Assembly (NCBI GenBank): GCA_002688105.1
Contig: NZBQ01000016.1
Location: 30,851 to 94,850 of the forward strand
Direction of reading: 5' to 3'
Length of the DNA: 64,000 bases
Origin: Dehalococcoidales bacterium
Lineage (GTDB): Bacteria > Chloroflexota > Dehalococcoidia > Dehalococcoidales > GCA-2688105
The position numbers and the translations under genes were made by a program. Every line of letters starts with the position of its first letter. Position 1 is the stretch's first letter. Below, piece after piece: positions 1 to 8,997 of this stretch. Under the pieces are notes generated by a model. The model was not told where the DNA came from. It ran no database searches and saw only the letters and a list, made by a program, of their open reading frames with translations.

Positions 1-875
1 TTTTTCAGTTCCATCCTACCGCTCTACGCCTGCCCGGGGTAACCCCGTTCCTCATATCCGAAGCGGTCAGGGGTGAAGGCGGGATACTGCGCAATGTAAA
101 TGGCCACCGCTTCATGCCTGACTATACGCCAGAGGCTGACCTGGCACCACGAGACGTAGTAGCTCGCAGTATACTGTACGAGATGAAAAAAACAGGCTCA
201 GACCGGGTTTTCATTGACGCTACCCACCTACCACCCCACATTACTACTACCCGGTTTCCTCATATATACCGGTTCTGCCTTGACCATGGCCTGAATATTA
301 CCAAAGGCCTGATACCGGTGGCACCAGCCGCCCATTATATGATAGGTGGTATAAAGACCGATAACTGGGGGGAAACTAACATAGCTGGATTATTCGCCGT
401 TGGTGAAACCGCCAGCACCGGCGTCCACGGGGCAAATCGGCTCGCCTCAAACTCGTTGATTGAAGCGCTGGTATTTGGCAGAAGAATTATTGAAAAAACC
501 AGAGAGAGAGCCAAGGGAAAAGCGCCTGCTGCCAGCCTAGGCACCGAGGTTCACCACTCGCTGAGCCAAAGGCAGGTGCCTAAGGTAATACCGACACTTA
601 ACCTCTCAGCGCTGCAACAACTGCTCTGGGATAAGGTAGGCATTCTACGCGACCAGCAAAACCTGACCAAAGCAGCCGATACTCTGGCTGCCTGGCAAAA
701 ATCGCTAGTTCCACCTACCGACCGTCCCTCCTACGAGCTAAATAACCTGGTGCTGACCGGACGATTAGTAACTGAGGCCGCTCTCCTCCGGAAGGAAAGC
801 CACGGCGCCCACTTCCGCTCCGACTTCCCCCAAAGCTCACCTCAATGGCAACACCACATTATGTTTACCAGGTAG
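1..875 (+). CDS. nadB: L-aspartate oxidase, C-terminal part (5' end outside window)
   Basis: The frame is open from base 3. The translation FQFHPTAL..FLISEAVRGEGGIL..RFM, then HGANRLASNSL and ESHGAHFRSDFP, is typical of NadB. The ORF-track start at 114 is only the first internal Met. Confidence 0.85.
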   Translation, partial: FQFHPTALRLPGVTPFLISEAVRGEGGILRNVNGHRFMPDYTPEADLAPRDVVARSILYEMKKTGSDRVFIDATHLPPHITTTRFPHIYRFCLDHGLNITKGLIPVAPAAHYMIGGIKTDNWGETNIAGLFAVGETASTGVHGANRLASNSLIEALVFGRRIIEKTRERAKGKAPAASLGTEVHHSLSQRQVPKVIPTLNLSALQQLLWDKVGILRDQQNLTKAADTLAAWQKSLVPPTDRPSYELNNLVLTGRLVTEAALLRKESHGAHFRSDFPQSSPQWQHHIMFTR

Positions 876-925
876 AAACACAAGTCCCAGGTGGAAGTAA
901 AACGAGAATACAGGGGGTGAGGTAG

Positions 926-1810
926 ATGACTGAACCTAAACTTTCCCAAGAACAGATTAATAACATTATAGACCTTGCCTTAACTGAGGATGTAAGTCAC
1001 GATGATGTTACCAGTCAGGCACTAATACCACCCGAACTCGAAGGACAGGCCTCCATACTGGTTAAGGCAAAAGGGGTATTGGCTGGTGTTGAAGTAGCCA
1101 GGAAGGTATTTCTCCGGGTCGATCCGTCACTGAAGGTTAAGGTGCTCATCAAAGACGGAAGCAAGGTCCAGCCCGAGGATATAGTGGCCACTGTTTTCGG
1201 CAGTGTCGCCAGCATTCTCAAAGCCGAGCGGGTAGTGCTCAATTTCCTAAGCCGGCTCAGCGGCACTGCTTCCCAGACTGCCCGGTACGTAGCTAAAACG
1301 CATGGACTTGAGGTCAATATTACCGATACCCGCAAGACCACGCCGGGCTTAAGGTTACTGGAAAAGCAGGCGGTGCGCTCAGGTGGCGGACAAAACCACC
1401 GCTTTCACCTGGGCGACGGCATCCTGATTAAGGACAACCACCTGGTAGCGCTGTGCGCCCTGGGTATGAGCTTGAAGGAAATCGTTGCCAAAGCTAAAAA
1501 GAATGCCCGCCGGGGCTTAAAGGTCGAGGTAGAGGTCAACACTCCCGAGGAAGCTTTAGACGCCGCCGAGGCTGGAGCTGATATCATCATGCTGGATAAT
1601 ATGAGCCCCGATGAAATGCGCCGCGTGATGAGCCTACTTCCCGGTCAGGTGATGGTGGAAGCCTCGGGAGGTATTACCCTGGCTAATGTCCACACTGTTG
1701 CCGAAACCGGGACTAACTTCATCTCGGTGGGAGCTCTCACTCACTCCTCAACAGCCCTAGACATCAGCCTCGAGCTTGAGCCGAAGTCAATCAAACTCAA
1801 ACTAATCTAA
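926..1810 (+). CDS. nadC: Nicotinate-nucleotide pyrophosphorylase (quinolinate phosphoribosyltransferase)
   Basis: 294 aa with the TRKTTPGLR and IKDNH motifs. It follows nadB directly and has a GGGGGTGAGG RBS upstream. Confidence 0.9.
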   Translation: MTEPKLSQEQINNIIDLALTEDVSHDDVTSQALIPPELEGQASILVKAKGVLAGVEVARKVFLRVDPSLKVKVLIKDGSKVQPEDIVATVFGSVASILKAERVVLNFLSRLSGTASQTARYVAKTHGLEVNITDTRKTTPGLRLLEKQAVRSGGGQNHRFHLGDGILIKDNHLVALCALGMSLKEIVAKAKKNARRGLKVEVEVNTPEEALDAAEAGADIIMLDNMSPDEMRRVMSLLPGQVMVEASGGITLANVHTVAETGTNFISVGALTHSSTALDISLELEPKSIKLKLI

Positions 1811-1867
1811 ACTACCTCAGTTGGGGCAAACCTATAGGCTACAAGAACCTATGTTAGCGGGGAATGC

Positions 1868-2054
1868 CTAGCTTCCAAGGTTTACCTGCCTCCGGTGAGA
1901 GACCTTCCGGAAAACCAGAAAGGGAACGACAACCACCAGAACCAATATAGAAATCCACTGGGCCTGATTGAGAGACAGGAAAACCGTATTGCTGTCCAGC
2001 CCGCAGGGAGAAAAGAAAGAAGCGCCCAACAGAATAAAGAATAAGATATTGTAG
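1868..2054 (-). pseudogene. lgt: Remnant of the prolipoprotein diacylglyceryl transferase C-terminus, frameshifted with no N-terminal part
   Basis: The minus-strand translation gives YLILYSVGRFFLF in one frame and DSNTVFLSLNQAQWISILVLVVVVPFLVFRK-stop in another. This resembles the Lgt C-terminus (Y..LYG..RF..EF.R...S.GQ..S). There is no start codon, and only about 65 of about 260 aa are present. Confidence 0.35.
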
Positions 2055-2090
2055 CGGTTATTCCAATCTACCTAATGCACCGGACATCTG

Positions 2091-2792
2091 TCAAGCTGTA
2101 AAAAGGCCACCGATAAATCCGGTTTGCCACATTATAAAAAGGCCAAAGGCTATGCTGATAATGCCAGCTACCCCTTGAACCCACAGATTCAACCGGAGGG
2201 AAAGCCCAGCAGTAAGCCTAAAGGGAAGGCTAATAAGCCCGCTGAAAAGCAGCATGCCTAAGATAGAACCTGCACCGAAGAGCAGGAGAAAGAAGAGTCC
2301 TTGAGCTACCGAGGACATAGTGTTAAGAGCCAGCACCGTGAGCATCCCACTCCCCGCCAGACCGTGAACCATCCCTATGAGCAGGGGTCTTCTGATGTGC
2401 TGGTGACCATGGTCTGGAGTTTCATTATGGGAATGACTATGGAGGTGATACCTATCCCCATGCTGGTGCCAGTGGACATGGTCTCTACCCGCCACCAGCT
2501 GCCTTATAAGGGGTACCCCCAATATAACGAGGATTACCCCGACAACGAATTCCATGGACAGGGCCATCTTATCGGGAATAGCAAGTTTGAAAACCAGCAC
2601 CCCAAAGCCGACAGCGAAAAGGGTAAGGGTGTGACCTATGCCCCAGCTTAAACCTACTAGCGCGGCACGATGGAAATTTCGACTGCGGCTAACAATAGTC
2701 GTTACCGCCACAATATGATCAGCATCCAGAGCATGTTTAATTCCCAGCAAAAAGCCAAAAAACATGCTGGTCAATATGGTCGCTTCTGGCAT
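2091..2792 (-). CDS. NiCoT-family nickel/cobalt transporter (HoxN/NixA-like)
   Basis: A polytopic membrane protein carrying the NiCoT signature HALDADHI and a His-rich loop (HVHWHQHGDRYHLHSHSHNETPDHGHQH). Confidence 0.8.
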   Translation of the reverse strand: MPEATILTSMFFGFLLGIKHALDADHIVAVTTIVSRSRNFHRAALVGLSWGIGHTLTLFAVGFGVLVFKLAIPDKMALSMEFVVGVILVILGVPLIRQLVAGRDHVHWHQHGDRYHLHSHSHNETPDHGHQHIRRPLLIGMVHGLAGSGMLTVLALNTMSSVAQGLFFLLLFGAGSILGMLLFSGLISLPFRLTAGLSLRLNLWVQGVAGIISIAFGLFIMWQTGFIGGLFTA

Positions 2793-2867
2793 ATCTCTTC
2801 CTCTAACTTCTTGTTTGACTCTTTTACTGCTGCTATGCCACTCTGATTTTCAACAATTTAATGCAAC

Positions 2868-2881
2868 TGCAATTGATTGCA
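2868..2881. promoter_or_regulatory. Putative Fur-family operator (6-2-6 palindrome TGCAAT-TG-ATTGCA) upstream of the NiCoT gene
   Basis: A perfect inverted repeat lies in the CooT-NiCoT spacer. A related site, TGCACTTAATTGCA, lies upstream of the Fur-family gene. Confidence 0.3.
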
Positions 2882-2934
2882 CTTCCAAAAGGCAAAATTA
2901 AAAGCCGTCAGGCAATTATAAATTATGTAGCGAC

Positions 2935-3129
2935 TTAAGGCTCCAGATTTTTCAGGATGATGCTGTTGGTCACGAAATCAACCTGCTTGACAACTGCCTT
3001 TATCTCCTTTTGCTCTCCGAAAAGTGTTTTCAACAGCAGCTTATCCTTTTCAAATCCTATAGAAGCGACCTCCTCCATCAGAAGCTCTCTTTTGCCATCG
3101 GTATCAACATACGCCTTGGATAAACACAT
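2935..3129 (-). CDS. CooT-family small nickel-binding protein
   Basis: 64 aa beginning MCLSKAYV with Cys2. The overall pattern (LMEEV, LFGE.K.I, IILKN) matches the CooT/PF10133 family as I remember it. Confidence 0.6.
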   Translation of the reverse strand: MCLSKAYVDTDGKRELLMEEVASIGFEKDKLLLKTLFGEQKEIKAVVKQVDFVTNSIILKNLEP

Positions 3130-3133
3130 TTCC

Positions 3134-3343
3134 TCACTCCCCCAATTTCTTCAAGGCTCGAGACAAGGATTTGGTGGCTTTATCCATCTCCTGAGCTGCC
3201 TGTAACAGCTCGGCACCGACTTCGACCTCTCCCAATGCCTTTGCCTGGTCTACCCACTCTCTAAACTCCTGGCTATGCTTCTCGTTATGCTCAATCCAAT
3301 AGTTTAACAGTACCCTGAGTTTAGCTCTTACCTTATCACCCAT
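3134..3343 (-). CDS. Hypothetical small helical protein in the nickel module
   Basis: A 69-aa ORF spaced 4 nt from the CooT gene. It is predicted all-helical (LLNYWIEHNEKHSQEFREW). I do not recognise a family. Confidence 0.45.
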   Translation of the reverse strand: MGDKVRAKLRVLLNYWIEHNEKHSQEFREWVDQAKALGEVEVGAELLQAAQEMDKATKSLSRALKKLGE

Positions 3344-3369
3344 AACATTTACCTCGAAGTTGATACAAT

Positions 3370-3852
3370 TTATTCACTACAATTAGCACAGCGACCAAAA
3401 ATAGCCATGTGCTTCAAGTCAGCGCTGAAATTATACCGGTGAAGCAAAACATCCTCGAGACGAGCCAGGACTGATTCATCAAGGTTAATCACCACCCCAC
3501 ATTCAGTACAAACCAGGTGGTGATGGTGCCCCTTCTCCGCCGGATGATACCTAAGCCGACCATCCCCCAGGTCAGTCTCAGTTACCAGCCCCAGTCTCTT
3601 GAGCAATTCCAGAGTGCGATAGACGGTTGAGATGTTGACATAGGGATATTTAGCCGCTACCTGAGCATAGATTTCCTCAGCGCTAATATGGCCACCGCCA
3701 CCCTCAATAACCGATAGAATCATCATCCGCTGAGGCGTCAGCCGATATCCCTGCTCACTCAACCTACTGACTATCTTTCCGGACGGCTTCACATGACTAC
3801 CACCTAATTTAAACGCTGGATTCATTATACGACAACAAAAATCTTTTTGCAA
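3370..3852 (-). CDS. Fur-family metalloregulator (Nur/Zur/Fur-like)
   Basis: It has a winged-helix part (LTPQRMMILSVIE..ISTVYRTLELL), HHHHLVCTECG and a C-terminal CANC. The true start is probably the internal Met at 3825 (MNPAF..), because the operator-like site lies at 3864-3877. Confidence 0.85.
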   Translation of the reverse strand: MQKDFCCRIMNPAFKLGGSHVKPSGKIVSRLSEQGYRLTPQRMMILSVIEGGGGHISAEEIYAQVAAKYPYVNISTVYRTLELLKRLGLVTETDLGDGRLRYHPAEKGHHHHLVCTECGVVINLDESVLARLEDVLLHRYNFSADLKHMAIFGRCANCSE

Positions 3853-3863
3853 GCCTTTGTAGT

Positions 3864-3877
3864 TGCACTTAATTGCA
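3864..3877. promoter_or_regulatory. Putative autoregulatory operator of the Fur-family gene
   Basis: TGCACTTAATTGCA has the same 6-2-6 architecture and half-site as 2868-2881. Confidence 0.3.
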
Positions 3878-3896
3878 ATAAAAGGTTTTTTTAAAC

Positions 3897-4340
3897 TTAT
3901 TCCCGGCTATCCAGCATTATGGTTGCCGGACCATCGTTGTGGATTTCTACCTGCATATACTGCTGAAAGCGCCCGGTTGCCACCTTCAATCCGGTGGCAT
4001 GAGCCTGCTCCACAAACTGCTCAAACAGCTGCTCTGCCTGAGCCGGTGGTGCTGCCTCAACAAAACTGGGACGACGTCCCTTCCTGGTATCAGCCAGAAG
4101 GGTAAACTGGCTTACCAGCAATAACTCACCCTTAACCTCCAGAGCCGAAAGGTTAAACTTACCCTCTTTGTCGGCAAAAATGCGCAGATTGGCTGTCTTT
4201 TGTGCCAGAAACTGCGCGTCTTTTTCGGTATCCCCTTGGGCTACGCCGACAAAAACCACCAGTCCCGGCCCTATCCTGCCCACTACCTTACCGGCAACAC
4301 TAACCGAGGCGCCGGTGACTCGCTGTAGCAGCGCCTTCAC
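3897..4340 (-). CDS. dtd: D-aminoacyl-tRNA deacylase
   Basis: 147 aa with the SQFTL and NDGPAT motifs over a full-length Dtd pattern. Confidence 0.9.
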   Translation of the reverse strand: MKALLQRVTGASVSVAGKVVGRIGPGLVVFVGVAQGDTEKDAQFLAQKTANLRIFADKEGKFNLSALEVKGELLLVSQFTLLADTRKGRRPSFVEAAPPAQAEQLFEQFVEQAHATGLKVATGRFQQYMQVEIHNDGPATIMLDSRE

Positions 4341-4582
4341 CCCGGCTTCTCCTTCTTCGTTTTCTTGTCAGGTGGGCTTCCCCCGGCTTTCTTACTATCA
4401 CTAACACCACGACTATCAGTTATATAGAATCCGCTCCCTCTAAAGATAACGGGAGTAGAGTGAATGACACGGCGTGCTTTTCCCTGACATTTAGGGCACA
4501 TAGCTACCGGCTCTTCATTAAACCTCTGCTTCCTGTCGAAATAAAAATGACAATCACCACATTCGTACTCATAGGTAGGCAC
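4337..4582 (-). CDS. FmdB-family zinc-ribbon protein
   Basis: Begins MPTYEYEC.DC ... CPKC, which is the CxxC_CxxC_SSSS pattern. It overlaps the dtd start by 4 nt. Confidence 0.8.
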   Translation of the reverse strand: MPTYEYECGDCHFYFDRKQRFNEEPVAMCPKCQGKARRVIHSTPVIFRGSGFYITDSRGVSDSKKAGGSPPDKKTKKEKPG

Positions 4583-4832
4583 AACTTCACCTCATAAAAG
4601 CTTTCTCAACATTTTACAACAATATCTTTTATCCAGGCAAATTAAAAATTGCCTTTTAGGCTCACCGCATCCTAGACATATCAGTGAAAAAGGGGTAACA
4701 TTAAACAAATGATAAAAAGTTTAATGGGAAGTAGATAATATGCGTTTAGCAGTTATCACTTTAGGTACTGCCAGGAAAAAGAAGCACTGAGCCGGATACG
4801 CCAGTGCTTCGTAATTTTAAGGAGGTATAGTT

Positions 4833-5096
4833 ATGCAGTCCAGCCTAATTGGGAAAATCGAAAAGGCTAATCGCTATGCCCAAGAGACAGAGCGAATTAC
4901 CGTCACTGAGTTTTCAGTTAATTTCCGAGGAGAGCATGACAACTATACCACTGGATACCAAGACGGCAAGTGGCACTGCTCCTGCCACTTTTTCTCAAGC
5001 TGGAGGGTCTGCAGCCATACTATAGCCATGGAGAAAATCCTGGGTAATATGCTACCCAAGGAGGCTCTGACTATCCAATACAGCACTTCCCCATAA
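4833..5096 (+). CDS. SWIM zinc-finger domain protein
   Basis: CSCHFFSSWRVCSH matches CxCxnCxH. An AGGAGG RBS lies 6 nt upstream. Confidence 0.6.
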   Translation: MQSSLIGKIEKANRYAQETERITVTEFSVNFRGEHDNYTTGYQDGKWHCSCHFFSSWRVCSHTIAMEKILGNMLPKEALTIQYSTSP

Positions 5097-5098
5097 GC

Positions 5099-6463
5099 CT
5101 ACTTATCAACCTCACTCTTTAATCTTCCCTTAATAAGCGGCTCATTTACCGCTTCCATGGTCTCCCCGACCACAAACAGGGAGCCGGTAGCACAGATGAG
5201 ATCTCGAACCCCGGCTATGTTCAGCGCCATCGACAGAGCTTCAGGGACAGCCTCCGCTACCCAAGCTTCTATGCCATGTTTGCCAAATTCAGCTACAATC
5301 AGTGATGGCGCCATCGCCCGGGGATGGCAGGTACGAGTGGCAATCACCTCATCAAAAAGAGGCACTAATTCTGAGACCACACTGGCCACATCTTTATCCA
5401 ACGATGCCCCTATAACCAGAATAGCCCGCTCAAATTCAAAGTATTGCTCAAGAGACTGCCTCAACCTCCGAGCTGAATCGGGGTTATGGGCACCATCAAC
5501 CACCAGCAGGGGGTGATGGCTGAGAATCTGGAGTCGCCCCAGCCAGCCTACCTGTGCCAGACCTTTAGCGATACTGTCCCGGGAAATACCAAGTCCTTTT
5601 TCAACTAAAACCTCAAGGGCTGCCACCGCCGTAGCGGCATTGTCTAACTGGTGACGACCCAGAAACGGGATGGAAAGCTGGTAGCTATCCAATCTCCCTT
5701 TAACCCGAAATAGCTGCCGGTTAAAATCAGCGCTGAGACTCTGCCAGGTGACATCGCTACCCACCCTGACCAGCTCTGCCCCGTAAGCCAGACAGGTTTC
5801 GGATATTACCCGGGCTACATGGCTAGCCTGCGGTGAGGTCACCACTGCGCTGCCCGGCTTGATAATACCCGCCTTCTCCGCCGCAATCTCGGCCAGAGAG
5901 TTACCTAATACTTCGGTATGGTCAAAGCTAACCGAGGTGATGATACAGACCTCAGGCTGTATCACATTGGTGGCATCAAACTTTCCCCCCAGCCCTACCT
6001 CCAGTACTTGAAAATCTGCCTTCTTCAGCGCAAAGTAGGCATAGGCTAGCGTGGTTAATATCTCAAAGGTAGTCAGCCGCCCGTAGGTAGCTTTTCGGTT
6101 CACCGCCTCAATCTCAGGCTTGAGCCTTGCCACCAGAGCGGTAAATTCTTCCTCAGAGATTAATTCTCCGTCAATCCTGACCCGCTCCCTCCAGGTATGC
6201 AGATGAGGCGAGGTGTAAAGTCCGGTGGTATAACCCGAGACGGTTAGGGCCGAAGCCACCATAGCCGCCGTGCTCCCCTTGCCGTTGGTGCCGGCGATAT
6301 GGACTGACCTGGCTATCCGGTGGGGATTACCCAGCCGGGCCAGCAGTTCCTCCACCCGCCTGAGGTCATAATTAGCCGCATTATGCTCCAGCCGCGGCAC
6401 TACCTCATAGTCGGTATAGCTGGATATATAATCTACTGCCTGCTGATAAAGATTACCTGACAA
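5099..6463 (-). CDS. folC: Bifunctional folylpolyglutamate synthase / dihydrofolate synthase
   Basis: 454 aa with the Mur-ligase P-loop GTNGKGST and a FolC-type N-terminus. Confidence 0.9.
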   Translation of the reverse strand: MSGNLYQQAVDYISSYTDYEVVPRLEHNAANYDLRRVEELLARLGNPHRIARSVHIAGTNGKGSTAAMVASALTVSGYTTGLYTSPHLHTWRERVRIDGELISEEEFTALVARLKPEIEAVNRKATYGRLTTFEILTTLAYAYFALKKADFQVLEVGLGGKFDATNVIQPEVCIITSVSFDHTEVLGNSLAEIAAEKAGIIKPGSAVVTSPQASHVARVISETCLAYGAELVRVGSDVTWQSLSADFNRQLFRVKGRLDSYQLSIPFLGRHQLDNAATAVAALEVLVEKGLGISRDSIAKGLAQVGWLGRLQILSHHPLLVVDGAHNPDSARRLRQSLEQYFEFERAILVIGASLDKDVASVVSELVPLFDEVIATRTCHPRAMAPSLIVAEFGKHGIEAWVAEAVPEALSMALNIAGVRDLICATGSLFVVGETMEAVNEPLIKGRLKSEVDK

Positions 6464-6540
6464 TTTCGCCCTCCGATATCCAAAACCAATTATATCACCG
6501 CTTATTTGCCATCAACAATTAGAACCGGAGACAAGTGCAC

Positions 6541-6569
6541 TTGACGCTAACTCTAGCGACTGCTATTAT
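6541..6569 (+). promoter_or_regulatory. Sigma-70-type promoter for pyrF
   Basis: TTGACG, a 17-nt spacer, then TATTAT. It lies inside the over-extended ORF-track start of pyrF. Confidence 0.4.
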
Positions 6570-6594
6570 CAGCTTACCATCAGGGGGGCGTAAA

Positions 6595-7413
6595 GTGAAC
6601 TTTATCGAAAAGCTGACCGGCGCCACTAGGAAAAATAAGAGCCTGGTCTGTGTTGGGCTTGACACTGACCCGAACCGTATTCCGGGTAAGATAGGCATCT
6701 TTGAATTCAACCAGGCAATTGTTGAGGCTACCTCTGACCTGGTATGCGCCTACAAACTCAACTTCGCCTTCTACGAAGTCCAAGGCGACGAGGGGCTGGA
6801 TGCCCTGAAGCGCACCATTAAATTCATCCCGGATGATATACTGGTAATCGGCGATGCCAAGCGGGGCGACATCGGTAATACCTCTAAAGCTTACGCCCAG
6901 GCTATCTTCGATATTCTCAACTGTGATGCCACCACGGTAAATCCCTACCTCGGCTTCGACTCCATAGAGCCATTTATCCAATACCGTGATAAGGGGATTT
7001 TTATCCTGTGCCGGACATCAAATGCCGGGGCTATGGACTTCCAGTCTCTGCGCTGCGAGGTGGAGTCCGGCAACCGCCCGCTATTTGAGCTGGTAGCCCT
7101 AAAAGCCAAAGAGTGGAATATACACGGCAACATCGGGCTGGTGGTTGGGGCTACCTACCCTGAGGAATTAAAACTGATACGGCAGAGCCACCCCGATATG
7201 CCACTGCTGATACCGGGTATCGGTGCCCAGGGGGGAGACCTGGCCTTAACAGTTCGCTACGGGGTTGATAGTCAGGGGGAGAGGGCAATCATCAACTCGT
7301 CACGGCAAATTATATACGCCTATCCGGAAAAAGACTTCGCCCAGGCAGCGCGACGAGCCGCTACCGAACTGCGCGACCAGATTAACTATCTCCTGTCTAC
7401 CCCTGCCCCCTAA
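6595..7413 (+). CDS. pyrF: Orotidine 5'-phosphate decarboxylase (type 2)
   Basis: LVCVGLDTD, DAKRGDIGNT and IPGIGAQGG motifs. The start is placed at GTG 6595, after a G-rich RBS and downstream of the promoter. The ORF-track start is 6535. Confidence 0.85.
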   Translation: MNFIEKLTGATRKNKSLVCVGLDTDPNRIPGKIGIFEFNQAIVEATSDLVCAYKLNFAFYEVQGDEGLDALKRTIKFIPDDILVIGDAKRGDIGNTSKAYAQAIFDILNCDATTVNPYLGFDSIEPFIQYRDKGIFILCRTSNAGAMDFQSLRCEVESGNRPLFELVALKAKEWNIHGNIGLVVGATYPEELKLIRQSHPDMPLLIPGIGAQGGDLALTVRYGVDSQGERAIINSSRQIIYAYPEKDFAQAARRAATELRDQINYLLSTPAP

Positions 7414-7442
7414 CCCAATAACAGTCCCACAAGGCAAGCAGA

Positions 7443-7634
7443 ATGGTTATGGAGATAAAACTGGGTGATGTAGTTCGCCTCAAGAAGAAGCACCCCTGCG
7501 GTGGCGATGAGTGGGAGGTACTCAGGCTGGGGACGGATATCAGGATTAGATGCCTTAAGTGCCAGCACTATGTCCTCCTTAAGCGCAGTGTTTTTGATCG
7601 TAGAGTTAAAACTTTTGTTTCTCGAGGTAAGTAA
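7443..7634 (+). CDS. DUF951-family small protein
   Basis: 63 aa with LKKKHPCG....W.V.R.G.D.R..C..C. Confidence 0.65.
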   Translation: MVMEIKLGDVVRLKKKHPCGGDEWEVLRLGTDIRIRCLKCQHYVLLKRSVFDRRVKTFVSRGK

Positions 7635-8854
7635 TGACTCGTCGGATTATGCATATTGACCTGGATGCCTTCTTTGTCTCGGTAGAGCAGGTGCTAAACC
7701 CCAAGCTCCGGGGTAAACCGGTGGTAGTTGGCGGCAGACCTGACCGACGGGGTGTGGTCGCCGCCGCCTCATATGAAGCCAGAGCCTTCGGCTTACATTC
7801 CGGCATGCCACTGGCCACTGCCAGCCGCCTTTGCCCTCAAGCCATCTTTATCGAAGGCAGCTTTCCCAAGTACCGCCAAGCTTCACGAAAGTTTATGTCC
7901 ATCCTGGCTGACTTCTCACCCTTTCTGGAGCCAGTAAGCCTGGACGAGGCATATCTCGATGCCACCGGCTTCGAATCTATATACGGCTCCACTCAACAGA
8001 TGGCGGTAAAAATCAAGCAGCAGGTTAGCGACGAACTCGGGCTTTGTGCTTCAATTGGCATCGCCAGCAGCAAAATAGTCGCCAAGGTCGCCTCCGACTT
8101 ATCCAAGCCGGACGGACTGGTGGAGGTAGCCGCTGGAGATGAACGCTCCTTCCTGGCACCCTTACCTATAGCCAAACTACCCGGCGTCGGCAAAAAGACG
8201 GAGCAAATATTAAAGAGCTTGGGCATCCATGCTATAGGCAAACTATCTATTATGCCGTTGAGTGCTCTTAAAAGCCACCTTGGGGCGTCTGGTGAGCTTC
8301 TGTATCTCTACGCCAACGGCATTGATAATGGAGAGGTAGAGCCCACCACCGCCGCCAAGTCCATCAGCCGGGAAACCACCTTTGGGCAGGATACCAGGGA
8401 CCACTCCCAGCTGGAGGCAACCATGCGTTATCTCAGTGAAAGGGTGGGCAGTGAGTTACGCCAGCAAGGCAAGCCGGCCAGGTGCGTAACCTTAAAGCTC
8501 AGATACGCTGATTTCACCACCATAACCCGCCGTCACACCCTGGGGCAAGCCAGCAATACTGACCAGACTATCTTTGACACCGGGCTAAAGCTGCTAAAGA
8601 GAGTCCAAACCCAGACAAAGCAACCGATTCGCCTCATCGGCATCGGGGTATCCAGCCTGGTGGAACCGGGCCGACAACTGGATATGCTGGACTCATCAAC
8701 CGAGAGGGTAACCAGGCTAAACCGGGCTATTGACCGCATCCGCAATAAATACGGCTTTACCGCCATCCAGACCGGCCGGACGATGCGCCTAAAGGACATC
8801 TTCCCCACCGCCAAAGAAGGTTACACCCTCCACACGCCAAGCCTGTCGAGGTAG
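7634..8854 (+). CDS. dinB: DNA polymerase IV (Y-family)
   Basis: Begins MHIDLDAFFVSVEQ and contains SLDEAYLD. The ATG overlaps the previous stop (TAATG). Confidence 0.9.
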   Translation: MTRRIMHIDLDAFFVSVEQVLNPKLRGKPVVVGGRPDRRGVVAAASYEARAFGLHSGMPLATASRLCPQAIFIEGSFPKYRQASRKFMSILADFSPFLEPVSLDEAYLDATGFESIYGSTQQMAVKIKQQVSDELGLCASIGIASSKIVAKVASDLSKPDGLVEVAAGDERSFLAPLPIAKLPGVGKKTEQILKSLGIHAIGKLSIMPLSALKSHLGASGELLYLYANGIDNGEVEPTTAAKSISRETTFGQDTRDHSQLEATMRYLSERVGSELRQQGKPARCVTLKLRYADFTTITRRHTLGQASNTDQTIFDTGLKLLKRVQTQTKQPIRLIGIGVSSLVEPGRQLDMLDSSTERVTRLNRAIDRIRNKYGFTAIQTGRTMRLKDIFPTAKEGYTLHTPSLSR

Positions 8855-8997
8855 GATTACTCCACATCCAAAAGTCTTTTTCGCCGGTTATCTTCCGGAG
8901 GTCGGTTATGTTACCCAATATATACCACTTATCCGTCTCTGGGTCTAGCCCTTCTATATAGTGGTATAATATAATGAGTTACATTTAAGGGGATACT

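Noticed and set aside
4640-4670. Terminator-like hairpin AGGCAA-ATTAAAA-TTGCCTTTT in the FmdB/SWIM intergenic region
   Set aside because: No upstream plus-strand gene would use it, and on the minus strand it lacks a T-run. The stem is only 6 bp, so no function can be supported.
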